Source: an uncultured bacterium
GTDB taxonomy: Bacteria; Acidobacteriota; Aminicenantia; UBA2199
DNA length: 64,000 nucleotides
Direction: 5' to 3'
Assembly (NCBI GenBank): GCA_965371805.1
Contig: CBDUZW010000007.1
Span: 56,119-120,118, forward strand
Shown here: one piece after another, positions 1 to 9,993 of the stretch
How positions within the stretch are numbered: position 1 is the first letter of the stretch
Layout: every line of letters starts with the position of its first letter
Position numbers and translations under genes: made by a program
The notes under the pieces: generated by a model
Seen by the model: only the letters and a program-made list of their open reading frames with translations
Database searches by the model: none
What the model was told of the DNA's origin: nothing

Positions 1-191
1 TAATTTTTTGTATTTTTTTAAAGTATCAATTAACTCTTTATGTTCAAATTTTATATTTTTCATACTCACCATTTTAGCATTTTAAAAATATTATTAGAAC
101 TAAAGCTTCCACTATCACACTATGTGTTAATTTAGAATAAATTCTTACCTTTCCTCTATTTTTGAAGTGTAAGAATTCTATTGCTTTGGAA

Positions 192-1607
192 TTAATAGGA
201 ATTTATTAGATTTGCTAAAATTTTGATTGCATTTATAGTTTTATCAGTAACCGGAGCCCCACAACTTATTCTAATACAGTTTAGATATCGGTTGCTTGTA
301 GTAAATGCAACTCCGGGAACAATCCCGATGTTTTTTGCAAATGAATCTTCAAATAACTTTATACTATCAATATGAGAAGGTAGTTCCACCCAAAGATAGA
401 ATCCACCCAAAGGATTTGAAATCTTAATGTTTTTTGGAAATAGATCAATTATTTTATTTTTTATTTCATACATCTGCTCTGCTAATTTTTTACGGAATTT
501 TTTTATAAAAAAGTCATAGCCGCCTTTGTTTAAGAAATCTGCCATTGATTTCTGAAGAAGATTAACTCCTCCTAAGGATTCAGAAGATTTGATGAGTTCA
601 CATTGATGCAGGTATTTTCCAGCAATAATCCAGCCAATGCGTATGCCTGGGGAGATGGCTTTTGAAAATGATGAACAATATAAAACACGGTCTTTAGAAT
701 CAAAAGATCTAATCGATCTAAAATTATTTTGTGAATATCCAGTTTCAGAATAAATATCATTTTCAACAATTAAAAAAGCATATTTCTCAGATAATTCAAG
801 AATTTTCTGTTTATCATTTGTACTCATTATAAAACCCAAAGGATTTTGAAAAGAAGCTGATACAATACATATTTTAACTCTCTTTTTAGACACTACTTCT
901 TCTAAAATATTAAGATCAATACCTCTTATAGGATCTGTAGGGATTTCAATTACTCTTCGATTTAGATGTTTCAAAAGATTTATTAGTCCAAAAAACACAG
1001 GATTCTCAATGACAATAGTATCTCCTTCTTGTGTCGTTGAGCGAATTGCAAGACTTAACGCTTCCATACATCCATTAGTGATCATTATTTCTTCACTATT
1101 AACGGAGATTCCTTTATTAAATAAAAACTTTACTAATGCCTGCCTAAGCAATAAATTGCCTCTAAAAGGAGTATAGTTGCATAATAAATCAGGAAATTCT
1201 TTTGCATTTTGTGATATGGTTTTTTGAAGTTTCTTAACTGGTAAAATTGACTTGTCGGGAATTCCAGCACCAAATGAAATTATTTTTGGATTATTGCCTG
1301 CATCAATTACCCGATTCATTATAGATTTTTCTACTGGTAAACTTGATTTTAAGGAATAGTGTTCTTTTTGAGGTGTTGGGGATGGCCTTTTTATAGAGGG
1401 TTTTACAAAAAATCCCGATTTTTCAATAGCTTGAACAACACCTTGCATTTCAAGTTCTTGATAAGCTTGTTTTGCAACAGACATGGAACAATCAAACTGT
1501 TTTTGTATCTTACGAAGTGAAGGCAATTTTGTCCCAAAAGGAATAATGCTTTTTTTTATAGAATTTTGAATATACTCGATTATTTTTTCATATTTATAAG
1601 TTTTCAT
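192..1607 (-). CDS. MocR/GntR-family transcriptional regulator with C-terminal class I/II aminotransferase (PLP) domain
   Basis: The N-terminus has a GntR-type wHTH (…LPSLRKIQKQFDCSMSVAKQAYQELEMQGVV…). This is followed by an aminotransferase fold with a PLP-lysine context (SFSKAISPGIRIGW). It is divergent from the LysE exporter gene. Confidence 0.8.
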   Translation of the reverse strand: MKTYKYEKIIEYIQNSIKKSIIPFGTKLPSLRKIQKQFDCSMSVAKQAYQELEMQGVVQAIEKSGFFVKPSIKRPSPTPQKEHYSLKSSLPVEKSIMNRVIDAGNNPKIISFGAGIPDKSILPVKKLQKTISQNAKEFPDLLCNYTPFRGNLLLRQALVKFLFNKGISVNSEEIMITNGCMEALSLAIRSTTQEGDTIVIENPVFFGLINLLKHLNRRVIEIPTDPIRGIDLNILEEVVSKKRVKICIVSASFQNPLGFIMSTNDKQKILELSEKYAFLIVENDIYSETGYSQNNFRSIRSFDSKDRVLYCSSFSKAISPGIRIGWIIAGKYLHQCELIKSSESLGGVNLLQKSMADFLNKGGYDFFIKKFRKKLAEQMYEIKNKIIDLFPKNIKISNPLGGFYLWVELPSHIDSIKLFEDSFAKNIGIVPGVAFTTSNRYLNCIRISCGAPVTDKTINAIKILANLINSY

Positions 1608-1741
1608 TTTTTCTAAGCCCGCCTTTTTTTATTATATTCATAAATAACATTATAATCTGTTACCTAAAATAATTCAACAATTTGTATCTGTTATTCTTTT
1701 AGTAATCAAAGTATATTTATATAAAAATAAGGAGGATTATT

Positions 1742-2344
1742 ATGATTACAAACTTTATCTCATTGCCATTAATTACATTTAGTATATCTATGTGTATAAC
1801 ACCGGGTCCGAATAATGTAATGTTAGCATCATCAGGGGCAAATTATGGCTTTAAAAGAACAATTCCACACATTATCGGTGTTGAAATTGGGATGCTTTGT
1901 CTGTTTATTCTTTCAGCCTTTGGCTTGGGAATTATATTCACAGCCTACCCTGAAATTCAACTTATCATGAAAATATGCTCTTCAATTTATCTTCTATATT
2001 TTGCCTATAAAATTACTTTTGCAAAACGGGATATAAAAGAGACAAAAAAGAGACAAAAACCATTAAGTGTATTACAAGCTGCACTATTTCAAGTTATAAA
2101 TCCAAAGGCATTGATTATTATATCAAGTTCTTTATCATCTTTTACTAAAAGTGGAAAGGGATACTTGTCGTCAGCATGTGGAGTTATTATTGTTTTTGCT
2201 TTAATCTGTATACCATCAATATCAGTATGGGCCGGCTTTGGAAGTTTTTTAAGAAGATTTCTAAAAAGTAATATTGTTTTTCGTATTTTTAATGCCATTT
2301 TAGGATCTTTGACTGCATTATCGATTTTAATGATTATTAAATAA
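1742..2344 (+). CDS. LysE/RhtB-family amino-acid exporter
   Basis: 200 aa with ~6 TM segments and an N-terminal …ITPGPNN… motif typical of LysE/RhtB translocators. A strong RBS (AAGGAGG) sits 8 nt upstream. It is divergent from the MocR regulator. Confidence 0.8.
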   Translation: MITNFISLPLITFSISMCITPGPNNVMLASSGANYGFKRTIPHIIGVEIGMLCLFILSAFGLGIIFTAYPEIQLIMKICSSIYLLYFAYKITFAKRDIKETKKRQKPLSVLQAALFQVINPKALIIISSSLSSFTKSGKGYLSSACGVIIVFALICIPSISVWAGFGSFLRRFLKSNIVFRIFNAILGSLTALSILMIIK

Positions 2345-2365
2345 ACCTGAAAAAATAATTGATAA

Positions 2366-3514
2366 ATGAAAAATATAAAATCGCAAAGAACCCTATTTGA
2401 TATTCCTGACGAAATAGCATATTTCAACTGTGCAGGAAACTCACCGTTATTAAATGAATCGGTAACTAGACTTCACAAGGGTGTAAAGACTAAAAGCTAT
2501 CCATGGAAACGTACACCTGAAAGCTTCTTTAAAGATGCTGAAAGTATAAGACAATTGTCATCGAGAAATTTCGGTGGTACACCTGATGGTTTTGCAGTAA
2601 TTCCGGCTGCCAGCTATGGTATGAGTTCAGCTGCACGTGCTATTGAGCCTCAATTAAGGAACGGTGATAAAATTCTGCTTATCGAAGAAGATTTCCCAAG
2701 TGTTGCACTGCCATTTATTAGAGTTGCAAAAGAAAAAGGGGTTGAATTAATCACTGTAGCAACACCTGAAAATGGTAATTGGACAAATGCTATCAAAGAT
2801 AGACTTGATAAAAAAGTCAAAATTGTTGCTATTTCAGCCTGTCATTGGACAAATGGTGCATACATTGATTTATTTGAAATAAGACAGGCTTGTAATCTTA
2901 TAAACAGCCTTCTTATAATTGATGCAACACAGACATTAGGTGCTATGGAATTATCGATTGATAGAATAAAGCCCGATTTTCTTGTTGCTGCCGGTTACAA
3001 ATGGCTTCTTTGCCCGTATGGTTTTAGCCTCTTGTATGTTGATGAGAAGTTTAGAAACGAACGTCCTTTGGAAGAGACTTGGTTAGCAAGAGAAAATGCT
3101 GAAGATTTCGCTGCACTAGTGAATTATTCTGATATATATATGGGTGGGGCAAGAAGGTTTGATGTTGGTGAAAAATGTACACCAACTATTTTACCGGGTG
3201 CAATTGCCGCTTTAGAACAAATTAACAATTGGGGAATTCGTAATATTTCTAATTCCCTACTAACTATAAATAAGAGAATAATTAACAGTCTGGAGGAAAT
3301 TGGTTTCAAATGTTTAGATGAAAAATTCCGATGTCCTCATATGTTTGGAGCAAAAATTCCTGCTTCATACAAAGGTAATTTAGTCCTCGAATTAATGAAA
3401 TATAATATTTATATAAGCCAACGTGGTAATTCAATAAGATTTGCTCCGCATTTATATATTAACGAAAATGATATTGATAAGCTCATTAATACTTTGAAGC
3501 ACCTTGTTAATTAG
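2366..3514 (+). CDS. PLP-dependent aminotransferase class V-fold enzyme (cysteine desulfurase/isopenicillin-N epimerase-like)
   Basis: 382 aa with an AAGYKWLLCPYGFSLLYV segment (lysine in a class-V PLP enzyme context). It lies 21 nt downstream of the LysE gene on the same strand. Confidence 0.55.
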   Translation: MKNIKSQRTLFDIPDEIAYFNCAGNSPLLNESVTRLHKGVKTKSYPWKRTPESFFKDAESIRQLSSRNFGGTPDGFAVIPAASYGMSSAARAIEPQLRNGDKILLIEEDFPSVALPFIRVAKEKGVELITVATPENGNWTNAIKDRLDKKVKIVAISACHWTNGAYIDLFEIRQACNLINSLLIIDATQTLGAMELSIDRIKPDFLVAAGYKWLLCPYGFSLLYVDEKFRNERPLEETWLARENAEDFAALVNYSDIYMGGARRFDVGEKCTPTILPGAIAALEQINNWGIRNISNSLLTINKRIINSLEEIGFKCLDEKFRCPHMFGAKIPASYKGNLVLELMKYNIYISQRGNSIRFAPHLYINENDIDKLINTLKHLVN

Positions 3515-3585
3515 TGAAATGTTCAAACCTAGCTTAAATTAAAAAATGATATATTCTATGTCTATTAGTAAAAAAAATAAAAATT

Positions 3586-4686
3586 CTATTTTTTTGAAAT
3601 TTCTTTTTTGATTAATTTGTGAATCTTTCTTCTTATTTTGTTAAATGGCAGTGGCTTTACTTCCGGATGTATTCTATTTGATAAAATAATGAATTTATAT
3701 TCAGCCTTTGGTTCAAACCAGATCGAAACTCCTGTAAACCCATTATGTCCAATCGCTTTCCTTGAAATTCCTCTACCACCTGATGTTATAAATGATGAAT
3801 TTAATTTGAAACCAATTGTTCTATGACTCTTTTTAAAATGAGTTAAATTATTCCAGAACCATTTAGTGCTCTCTGCAGAAAGAATGGTTGCTGTCGAAGG
3901 ATAAAACTCATTTGAGAGCTTGAATATATCTATTGCAGATGAAAACAAACCTGCATTTCCAGAATTCCCGTTCAAATAGAAACTATTTGCATCATTGAGT
4001 TCTCCAACTAATAAATTCTCTCTCCAGGTAAATTTTTTTGATAATTCCTTAAATCTAATATCCTGCTCTGCCATTTCCTTTTCAAATTTATTTCCTAGTT
4101 CTGTGGGAGCACACATATTTTTTTTATCTTCAGGAACTTCTCCAATAAAAGAATCTTTTAAACCAAGTTTCCTAATAATTAAGTCTTCTACAATCTCTGC
4201 AAATGATAATTCATATATCTGTTCTAATATTTTCGAAATTATTATATAACCTACACAAGAGTAATTTACTTTTTTCCCGGATTTTGAGTTTAAAGCAAGG
4301 TTATTAAGCTGGACCATAAGGTCTTCCTCAAATAGATAAAACGGATACCATGCTGGTAATCCGGAAGTATGAGTAAGAAGATCTTTAATTGTAATTCTAT
4401 GAGAAAATTCAGGGAATATATCTGAGACTTCAGTAGAAAAAGACAGTTTACCTTTTTCTATAGTTCTCAATGTCAATAGTGAAGTTATTAAAGGTTTTGT
4501 TAGAGAGGCAAGATCATAAATAGTCCTATTTTTGAGTTCTTCTTTTTCGGGAAATATCGACCTGAATCCATAAACTTTGTCAATTAAAATCTCTTCCCCT
4601 TTTGCAACCAGTAATGAGATCCCTGGAACCAGCTCCTGGGTAATAAGTGAATTTATATATTTATCAATATTGATCAAATTAATCAT
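3586..4686 (-). CDS. Serine hydrolase, beta-lactamase/PBP4-like (class C beta-lactamase family esterase)
   Basis: Has an S-x-x-K nucleophile motif (DLASLTKPL) near the N-terminus. Size is 366 aa. Confidence 0.7.
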   Translation of the reverse strand: MINLINIDKYINSLITQELVPGISLLVAKGEEILIDKVYGFRSIFPEKEELKNRTIYDLASLTKPLITSLLTLRTIEKGKLSFSTEVSDIFPEFSHRITIKDLLTHTSGLPAWYPFYLFEEDLMVQLNNLALNSKSGKKVNYSCVGYIIISKILEQIYELSFAEIVEDLIIRKLGLKDSFIGEVPEDKKNMCAPTELGNKFEKEMAEQDIRFKELSKKFTWRENLLVGELNDANSFYLNGNSGNAGLFSSAIDIFKLSNEFYPSTATILSAESTKWFWNNLTHFKKSHRTIGFKLNSSFITSGGRGISRKAIGHNGFTGVSIWFEPKAEYKFIILSNRIHPEVKPLPFNKIRRKIHKLIKKEISKK

Positions 4687-4750
4687 TCCTTACATTTCTG
4701 TAAATAAAAATTTGTTTATTTTTTTAATATCTTATTTAACTAATAATATG

Positions 4751-5683
4751 TTACTTATTTTTAATTTTTTCAGCAATTTCAATTGCTAATTTTAGAGCCT
4801 TAGTTGCATCTTCTGCAGTTACATTATAGTTTGTTTTTGTTGTTATTGTTTTGTAAAAATTCATCCACAGGTTATATAAAGGTTCAACATTTTTGATTTC
4901 AGGTTTAATCTCAAAAATATTTCCGTCTTTCATTCCATACGTTTTTACTTCTTTAGTTTGATAATCAATAGAAAAATAACCACTCTTTTGAAATAACCTT
5001 AACTTTCTGGTTTTTGTTTGTGAAACTCTACTTGCAGTTATATTTGCAACTAAGCCTGAATTGAATTCAAGTCTTACATTTGCAATGTCAATTTTTTTTG
5101 AAATTATTGGAATACCAGCTACATCTAATTGCTTTACCCCACTCTTATCCCAGTTTAAGACAATATCAAGATCATGAATCATCAAATCCATGATCACATC
5201 AATATCCAATGAACGTGGAGAAAATGAGCCTAATCTCTGAATTTCAATAAATAATGGATCTTTTACTTTATGATTAACAAACTCAATAGCGGGATTGAAT
5301 CGTTCCAAATGTCCAACACCGAGTACAAGGTTATTTTTCTTTGCTAAATGCGTTAACTCTTCAGCCTGCTCTACAGTCTCTGCAATTGGTTTTTCAATGA
5401 GGACATGTTTATTCTTTTCTAAAAAGAACTTTGCAATTTCATAATGCTTTATTGTCGGAGTTGATACCATAACTGCATCAATTCCTTCCACCATATCCTT
5501 ATAATCAGAGAAAATCTTTATATCAGAATAATCTTTTGAAATATCAGATAATATTTTATCATCTGTATCCATAACTGATATAAGCTCTAACTCATTTATT
5601 GAATTTACCACTCTTAAGTGGTTCTTTCCCATTGATCCGGTACCTATTACTCCAATTTTCATTTTTTCCTTATTATTTACCAA
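4751..5683 (-). CDS. Gfo/Idh/MocA-family NAD(P)-dependent oxidoreductase (possible GnnA-like UDP-GlcNAc 3-dehydrogenase)
   Basis: N-terminal Rossmann motif MKIGVIGTGSMGKNH. Size is 310 aa. Its start overlaps the lpxA stop by 11 nt, which suggests translational coupling. Confidence 0.75.
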   Translation of the reverse strand: MVNNKEKMKIGVIGTGSMGKNHLRVVNSINELELISVMDTDDKILSDISKDYSDIKIFSDYKDMVEGIDAVMVSTPTIKHYEIAKFFLEKNKHVLIEKPIAETVEQAEELTHLAKKNNLVLGVGHLERFNPAIEFVNHKVKDPLFIEIQRLGSFSPRSLDIDVIMDLMIHDLDIVLNWDKSGVKQLDVAGIPIISKKIDIANVRLEFNSGLVANITASRVSQTKTRKLRLFQKSGYFSIDYQTKEVKTYGMKDGNIFEIKPEIKNVEPLYNLWMNFYKTITTKTNYNVTAEDATKALKLAIEIAEKIKNK

Positions 5684-6473
5684 AAGTTTTTAAAAAACCT
5701 CTTTTGGTTTTTGAGATAAAATCAATAATAATATTTGCTTCATCCGAATTATCAAATTTCTCTTTTATTTTGTCAACTGCCTGAGTCGTGTTCAAATCTG
5801 ACTTAAAGAATATATCAAATAAATCTCTTACTTTATGAATATACTCTCTGTCCATTCCATTTCTTAACATACCTATTGAATTTGTACCGTAAAGATTATA
5901 ATTATCCCTTGTTTGAGATATCTTTGCATATGGGAGTATATCCTGTAATACTATTGAATAACCACCAATATAAGAGTTTCTTCCTATTCTAACAAACTGA
6001 TGAATTGAAGAAAATGCTCCAACAACTGCAAAATCTTCAATTTCAACATGCCCTGCAAGAGTCGCGCCGTTTACAAGTTGAGTATTATTTCCAATCTGAC
6101 AATCATGTGCTACATGAGAATAGATCATAAAATAATTATTGTTTCCAATACGTGTATATGCTCCACCTTTTTTAGTACCTCTATTAATCGTAACAAATTC
6201 TCTTATTATATTATTATCTCCGATCTCAACAAACGTTTGATCATCACTGTTAAAAGTAATATCCTGAGGATCAGTTCCAATTACTGCATAGGAATATATT
6301 TTACAATTACTCCCTACTTTAGAATTCTTATCAACGGTGGAGTGATGTGATATTTCTGTATTATCACCAATAGTTACGTTTTCACCAATAATTGAGAAGT
6401 CACCAATGACAACATTTTTTCCGAGCTTTGCTGATTCATCAACAATAGCTGTAGGTGCAATGATAGTAGACAT
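5673..6473 (-). CDS. lpxA: UDP-N-acetylglucosamine O-acyltransferase LpxA
   Basis: Left-handed beta-helix hexapeptide repeats (…VVIGDFSIIGENVTIGDNTEISHH…) and an LpxA-type C-terminal helical domain. Size is 266 aa. It sits immediately after fabZ. Confidence 0.9.
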   Translation of the reverse strand: MSTIIAPTAIVDESAKLGKNVVIGDFSIIGENVTIGDNTEISHHSTVDKNSKVGSNCKIYSYAVIGTDPQDITFNSDDQTFVEIGDNNIIREFVTINRGTKKGGAYTRIGNNNYFMIYSHVAHDCQIGNNTQLVNGATLAGHVEIEDFAVVGAFSSIHQFVRIGRNSYIGGYSIVLQDILPYAKISQTRDNYNLYGTNSIGMLRNGMDREYIHKVRDLFDIFFKSDLNTTQAVDKIKEKFDNSDEANIIIDFISKTKRGFLKTFGK

Positions 6474-6910
6474 TATTTTTTCACCGACGACATTAGTGTC
6501 GCCTGAACTGCAATTTTTCCATCAACTCTTGCGATTCCTTCCATAATAGCAATACCGCTTCTTTCCCTTATTAATTGACATTCTAGATCTAATCTGTCAC
6601 CAGGTATTACAACTCTTTTAAATCTGGCTTTGTCAATTCCGGCAAAATATGCCATCCTGCTTTCAGGTGGAAGATCTTTTAAATAAAAGAAAGCTCCGAG
6701 CTGAGCCAGAGCTTCAATCATTAGAACTCCCGGAAAAACAGGATTTCCGGGAAAATGTCCATTAAACAAATCTTCATTTGAGGTTATATTTTTATAACCC
6801 TTAATTAATCCTGTTTCATCATCTATTTCCGTCACTCTATCAATTAATAAAAATGGATATCTATGAGGCAAAACTTCAACGATATCTTTGATCTCTTTAA
6901 TGTTTACCAT
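6473..6910 (-). CDS. fabZ: 3-hydroxyacyl-ACP dehydratase FabZ
   Basis: LPHRYPFLLIDRV … GHFPGNPVFPGVLMIEALAQ hot-dog motifs. Size is 145 aa. Confidence 0.9.
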   Translation of the reverse strand: MVNIKEIKDIVEVLPHRYPFLLIDRVTEIDDETGLIKGYKNITSNEDLFNGHFPGNPVFPGVLMIEALAQLGAFFYLKDLPPESRMAYFAGIDKARFKRVVIPGDRLDLECQLIRERSGIAIMEGIARVDGKIAVQATLMSSVKK

Positions 6911-6925
6911 TTTTTTAAATATTTA

Positions 6926-7429
6926 TTATTTCTTTATGGTTATTGCATCATATGCTTTAATTACATCTGCAGTTATCTCAACAGCTTTATCAAAATATGC
7001 TACATTCTGCATTTCCATAATTACTGTGAATCCTTTTGATTTTCCAACATTCTGAATTACAGGCATGATCTTTTTTAATAAACTCTGCATTTCTTTCTGA
7101 TATTTTGCTTGAAAATTTCTTTTTGAATCTTCATAAAATCTCTTAGCGGATGTCTGTTTATTTCTGAGAGTCTCTGACTTTTTTTCTCTTGCTGATGCAT
7201 TTAATGCTGGTGAGGCAAGTTCTTTTTCCAGGGCTTTAATTTCTTTTGCCATATTCTGCATTTTACCAGACATTTGTTTGTCAATATCTCCCATTTTTTT
7301 CATGAAAGCCTTTCCGCCTACTGAATTCTTTAATACTAATTGAGAATTAACTATACCAATTTTTGTTTCTGCGTAAGTAAAAACGGTTAGAACTACCATA
7401 ATAATTACAATACTTAATACTTTTTTCAT
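6926..7429 (-). CDS. skp: Periplasmic chaperone Skp/OmpH
   Basis: 167 aa with a signal peptide and a coiled-coil K/E-rich body. It lies between bamA and fabZ as in the canonical cluster. Confidence 0.75.
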   Translation of the reverse strand: MKKVLSIVIIMVVLTVFTYAETKIGIVNSQLVLKNSVGGKAFMKKMGDIDKQMSGKMQNMAKEIKALEKELASPALNASAREKKSETLRNKQTSAKRFYEDSKRNFQAKYQKEMQSLLKKIMPVIQNVGKSKGFTVIMEMQNVAYFDKAVEITADVIKAYDAITIKK

Positions 7430-7486
7430 TTTTAAACTCCTTTTTTAAGAAAAAAATTTTCTTATTCTATTATTTTTTTTTATTAA

Positions 7487-9808
7487 CTAAAACGATGGAC
7501 CAATTGCAAACTTAAATACAAAATTATTATCTTCAGAATAAAGCACTCTTGGATTATATGCGAATATTAACCTGAATGGGACATTGAGCATTGGTACAAA
7601 TATCTTTAATTCTGCTCCCATTGAAGAATAAATATTAGCTAAATCCATAGTTTGATGTTGTCCATATACATTTCCAAAATCTCCAAATAAATTAAAAGAA
7701 ATCTGTTCATTTAAATGGATCCTGTATTCAACATTCATGTAGAAAGATTTATCTCCACCAATTACGGCGCCTCTTTCATTTCTGGGTCCTATACGGTAAA
7801 CATCAAATCCACGAATTGATCTTTCTCCACCGAGAAAGAAATTCTCATAGAATGGAATTGTCTGCTCACCACCAAATCCCTTCATTTTTTGGTAAACAAA
7901 ATTTACACCGAATACATGAGATGTTTTGGGTATTTTAAAAAACTTAGTAAACTCAAATTTCAATTTATGCAGATTTAATGTCCCTCCAAGAAATCCACCT
8001 GAATATCTATAATTTAATAGAAATTTGATTCCTCTTGTAGGAAATAGAGGTGAATCTATTGTTGAGTAATATAAGGTTGGTGATAATGAAGAATTTTTTC
8101 TCCTCCCATCTGTATAATAATAACTTAAATATGAATTACTAAAATTTATATCATCACTTACTTCAGATATTTCAGTATCTTCAAAACTATATTGTAAAGT
8201 TGCTCCCCAAAATCTCCAGAATCTGGCAGATGAAGAAATATTAAAGCCAGTACCATCACTAGTGTACATATAAGGGTATCTCATTTTTCTTTTAAAAACA
8301 CTCAAACCAAGACTTGCGGGTAGTTGAAATATTCTTGGTTCTGTAAATGAGATACTATAGTTCTTTGTTCGGGTACCGGTTTTGATATTAACTCCAAAAG
8401 ACTCACCCATTCCAAGAAAGTTTTGAGTTTGATATCCAAGAGCAATAAACCATCCATCATATCCGCTATAACCCAGATTAAAATTTATCATTTGTCGGTT
8501 CATTTCCTTTACTTCTGCAGTAATATTTATCTTTTGCGGATCATCCGGGTCAGGTTTGATATCAGGCATTTTTTCAATTGTTACAAGCCCTAACTGCTTC
8601 ATTCGGGTAATAGATGCTTCAAGCATGTTTGAATTTAAAACCTTTCCTTCTCTTAAAAACCATTCTCTTCTGATAACATGATCCTTCGTAAATGTATTGC
8701 CTCTAAATTCCAACTTTCCTAGAAAAGTTATTTCTCCCTCATGAACCCTTATTGTCAAATCAACCTGCTTAGTTTCAGGATTAAGATTTTCTTCCGGGAC
8801 AACCTGACAATAGAAATATCCTATTGATCCATAAAACTTCCTTAAGTCCTCTATGTTTTTATTTCTCTTTTTTAAATTATATACTTTACCTTTTTGTAAA
8901 GTTATGAATCTTTTTAGAAACTCTGTCCTGACAATTTTATTTCCTTCAACATCCACATCTCTAAAAAAATACTTTGGGCCTAAATCAACAGGGATATCAA
9001 TCTTCATCATTTTTTTTACAGAACCAAAAACATTTTTTTTTGAAAAATATGAATATTTTGGATTTCCTATTTTTGCCTCTAAAAACCCCTTCTGTCTTAA
9101 ACGGAGAGTAACCTCTTTAAGGTCTTCTTCTATTTTATCCTTAGAAAAAGAATCTTTTCCAAGAATAGCATTTATAAGGGAGTGCTCTTTATTATTCTTT
9201 AATCCTCCCTTTAAAAATGATGCTGAAATAAGTTTTTTATCAATACCGGAAAAAGATATTTCCCCAATTCTAGTCTTAGACCCTTTTTTAACATTTATAG
9301 TTAACTCAACAGATGCCAATTTGAGATTCTCTTTAACATCAATTGATACACTTCCATCATTAAAACTCTTTTCAAGCATCATTTCTTGAATGATTTCTTC
9401 TATCATTTTCATTTTATGAGGGTGGTAATATGTATAGGTTGCAAGAGTTATATCTTTTTCCTGGAGTTTCTCTATTATATCTTTTTCACTGAATTTTTTA
9501 CTAGTGTTATAGATGATTTTGGAAATAACCGGGTTTTCTATAAAGGTAAAAGTAATCTGTTTTCCACCTTCAAGATTCTCTTCATCAATCTTTATGTTTT
9601 TAAAGAATCCAGTTTCCCAAAGTGTTTTAAAATCCTCTTTCAGCAAATTATCTGAATAAACACCATTTTCCTGCGTTTTAAGATAAAAAAGAATTGCGTC
9701 TCTAGAAACTTTTCTATTTCCTTTCAAAACGATTTTCTTTACCATATCTGCTTGAATTAGCAGCGTCATCTGAAGAATTATTAATAATATCAATACTGTT
9801 TTTTTCAT
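7487..9808 (-). CDS. bamA: Outer membrane protein assembly factor BamA (Omp85)
   Basis: 773 aa with a signal peptide, POTRA-like repeats and a C-terminal Omp85 beta-barrel ending in an aromatic residue (…FAIGPSF). Confidence 0.9.
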   Translation of the reverse strand: MKKTVLILLIILQMTLLIQADMVKKIVLKGNRKVSRDAILFYLKTQENGVYSDNLLKEDFKTLWETGFFKNIKIDEENLEGGKQITFTFIENPVISKIIYNTSKKFSEKDIIEKLQEKDITLATYTYYHPHKMKMIEEIIQEMMLEKSFNDGSVSIDVKENLKLASVELTINVKKGSKTRIGEISFSGIDKKLISASFLKGGLKNNKEHSLINAILGKDSFSKDKIEEDLKEVTLRLRQKGFLEAKIGNPKYSYFSKKNVFGSVKKMMKIDIPVDLGPKYFFRDVDVEGNKIVRTEFLKRFITLQKGKVYNLKKRNKNIEDLRKFYGSIGYFYCQVVPEENLNPETKQVDLTIRVHEGEITFLGKLEFRGNTFTKDHVIRREWFLREGKVLNSNMLEASITRMKQLGLVTIEKMPDIKPDPDDPQKINITAEVKEMNRQMINFNLGYSGYDGWFIALGYQTQNFLGMGESFGVNIKTGTRTKNYSISFTEPRIFQLPASLGLSVFKRKMRYPYMYTSDGTGFNISSSARFWRFWGATLQYSFEDTEISEVSDDINFSNSYLSYYYTDGRRKNSSLSPTLYYSTIDSPLFPTRGIKFLLNYRYSGGFLGGTLNLHKLKFEFTKFFKIPKTSHVFGVNFVYQKMKGFGGEQTIPFYENFFLGGERSIRGFDVYRIGPRNERGAVIGGDKSFYMNVEYRIHLNEQISFNLFGDFGNVYGQHQTMDLANIYSSMGAELKIFVPMLNVPFRLIFAYNPRVLYSEDNNFVFKFAIGPSF

Positions 9809-9993
9809 TTATACCTCAATTTATTAAACTTTACATAATAATCAATTATAAAAAAAAAGATTATCAAATTCAAGTTTAAAATATATCATATTTTTCTTAT
9901 AAATTCAATTGGTTTTATACTTACCATTTATATACGACACATTTTTTTAGATAAAAGTTTCAAAATTTTTATCCATTTTACTAATTTGGAAAT

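Noticed and set aside
1-63. Possible 5' end of a minus-strand gene running off the window (MKNIKFEHKELIDTLKKYKKL…)
   Set aside because: Only 21 codons are visible and the RBS is weak. It is too short to call.
2089-2427. 112-aa ORF antisense to the LysE exporter gene
   Set aside because: It is fully embedded antisense in a well-supported CDS and has low-complexity I/F-rich content typical of AT-rich antisense frames.
8853-9655. Two ORFs (178 and 89 aa) antisense within bamA
   Set aside because: They are embedded in the bamA coding region on the opposite strand. They are F/S/L-rich antisense translations.
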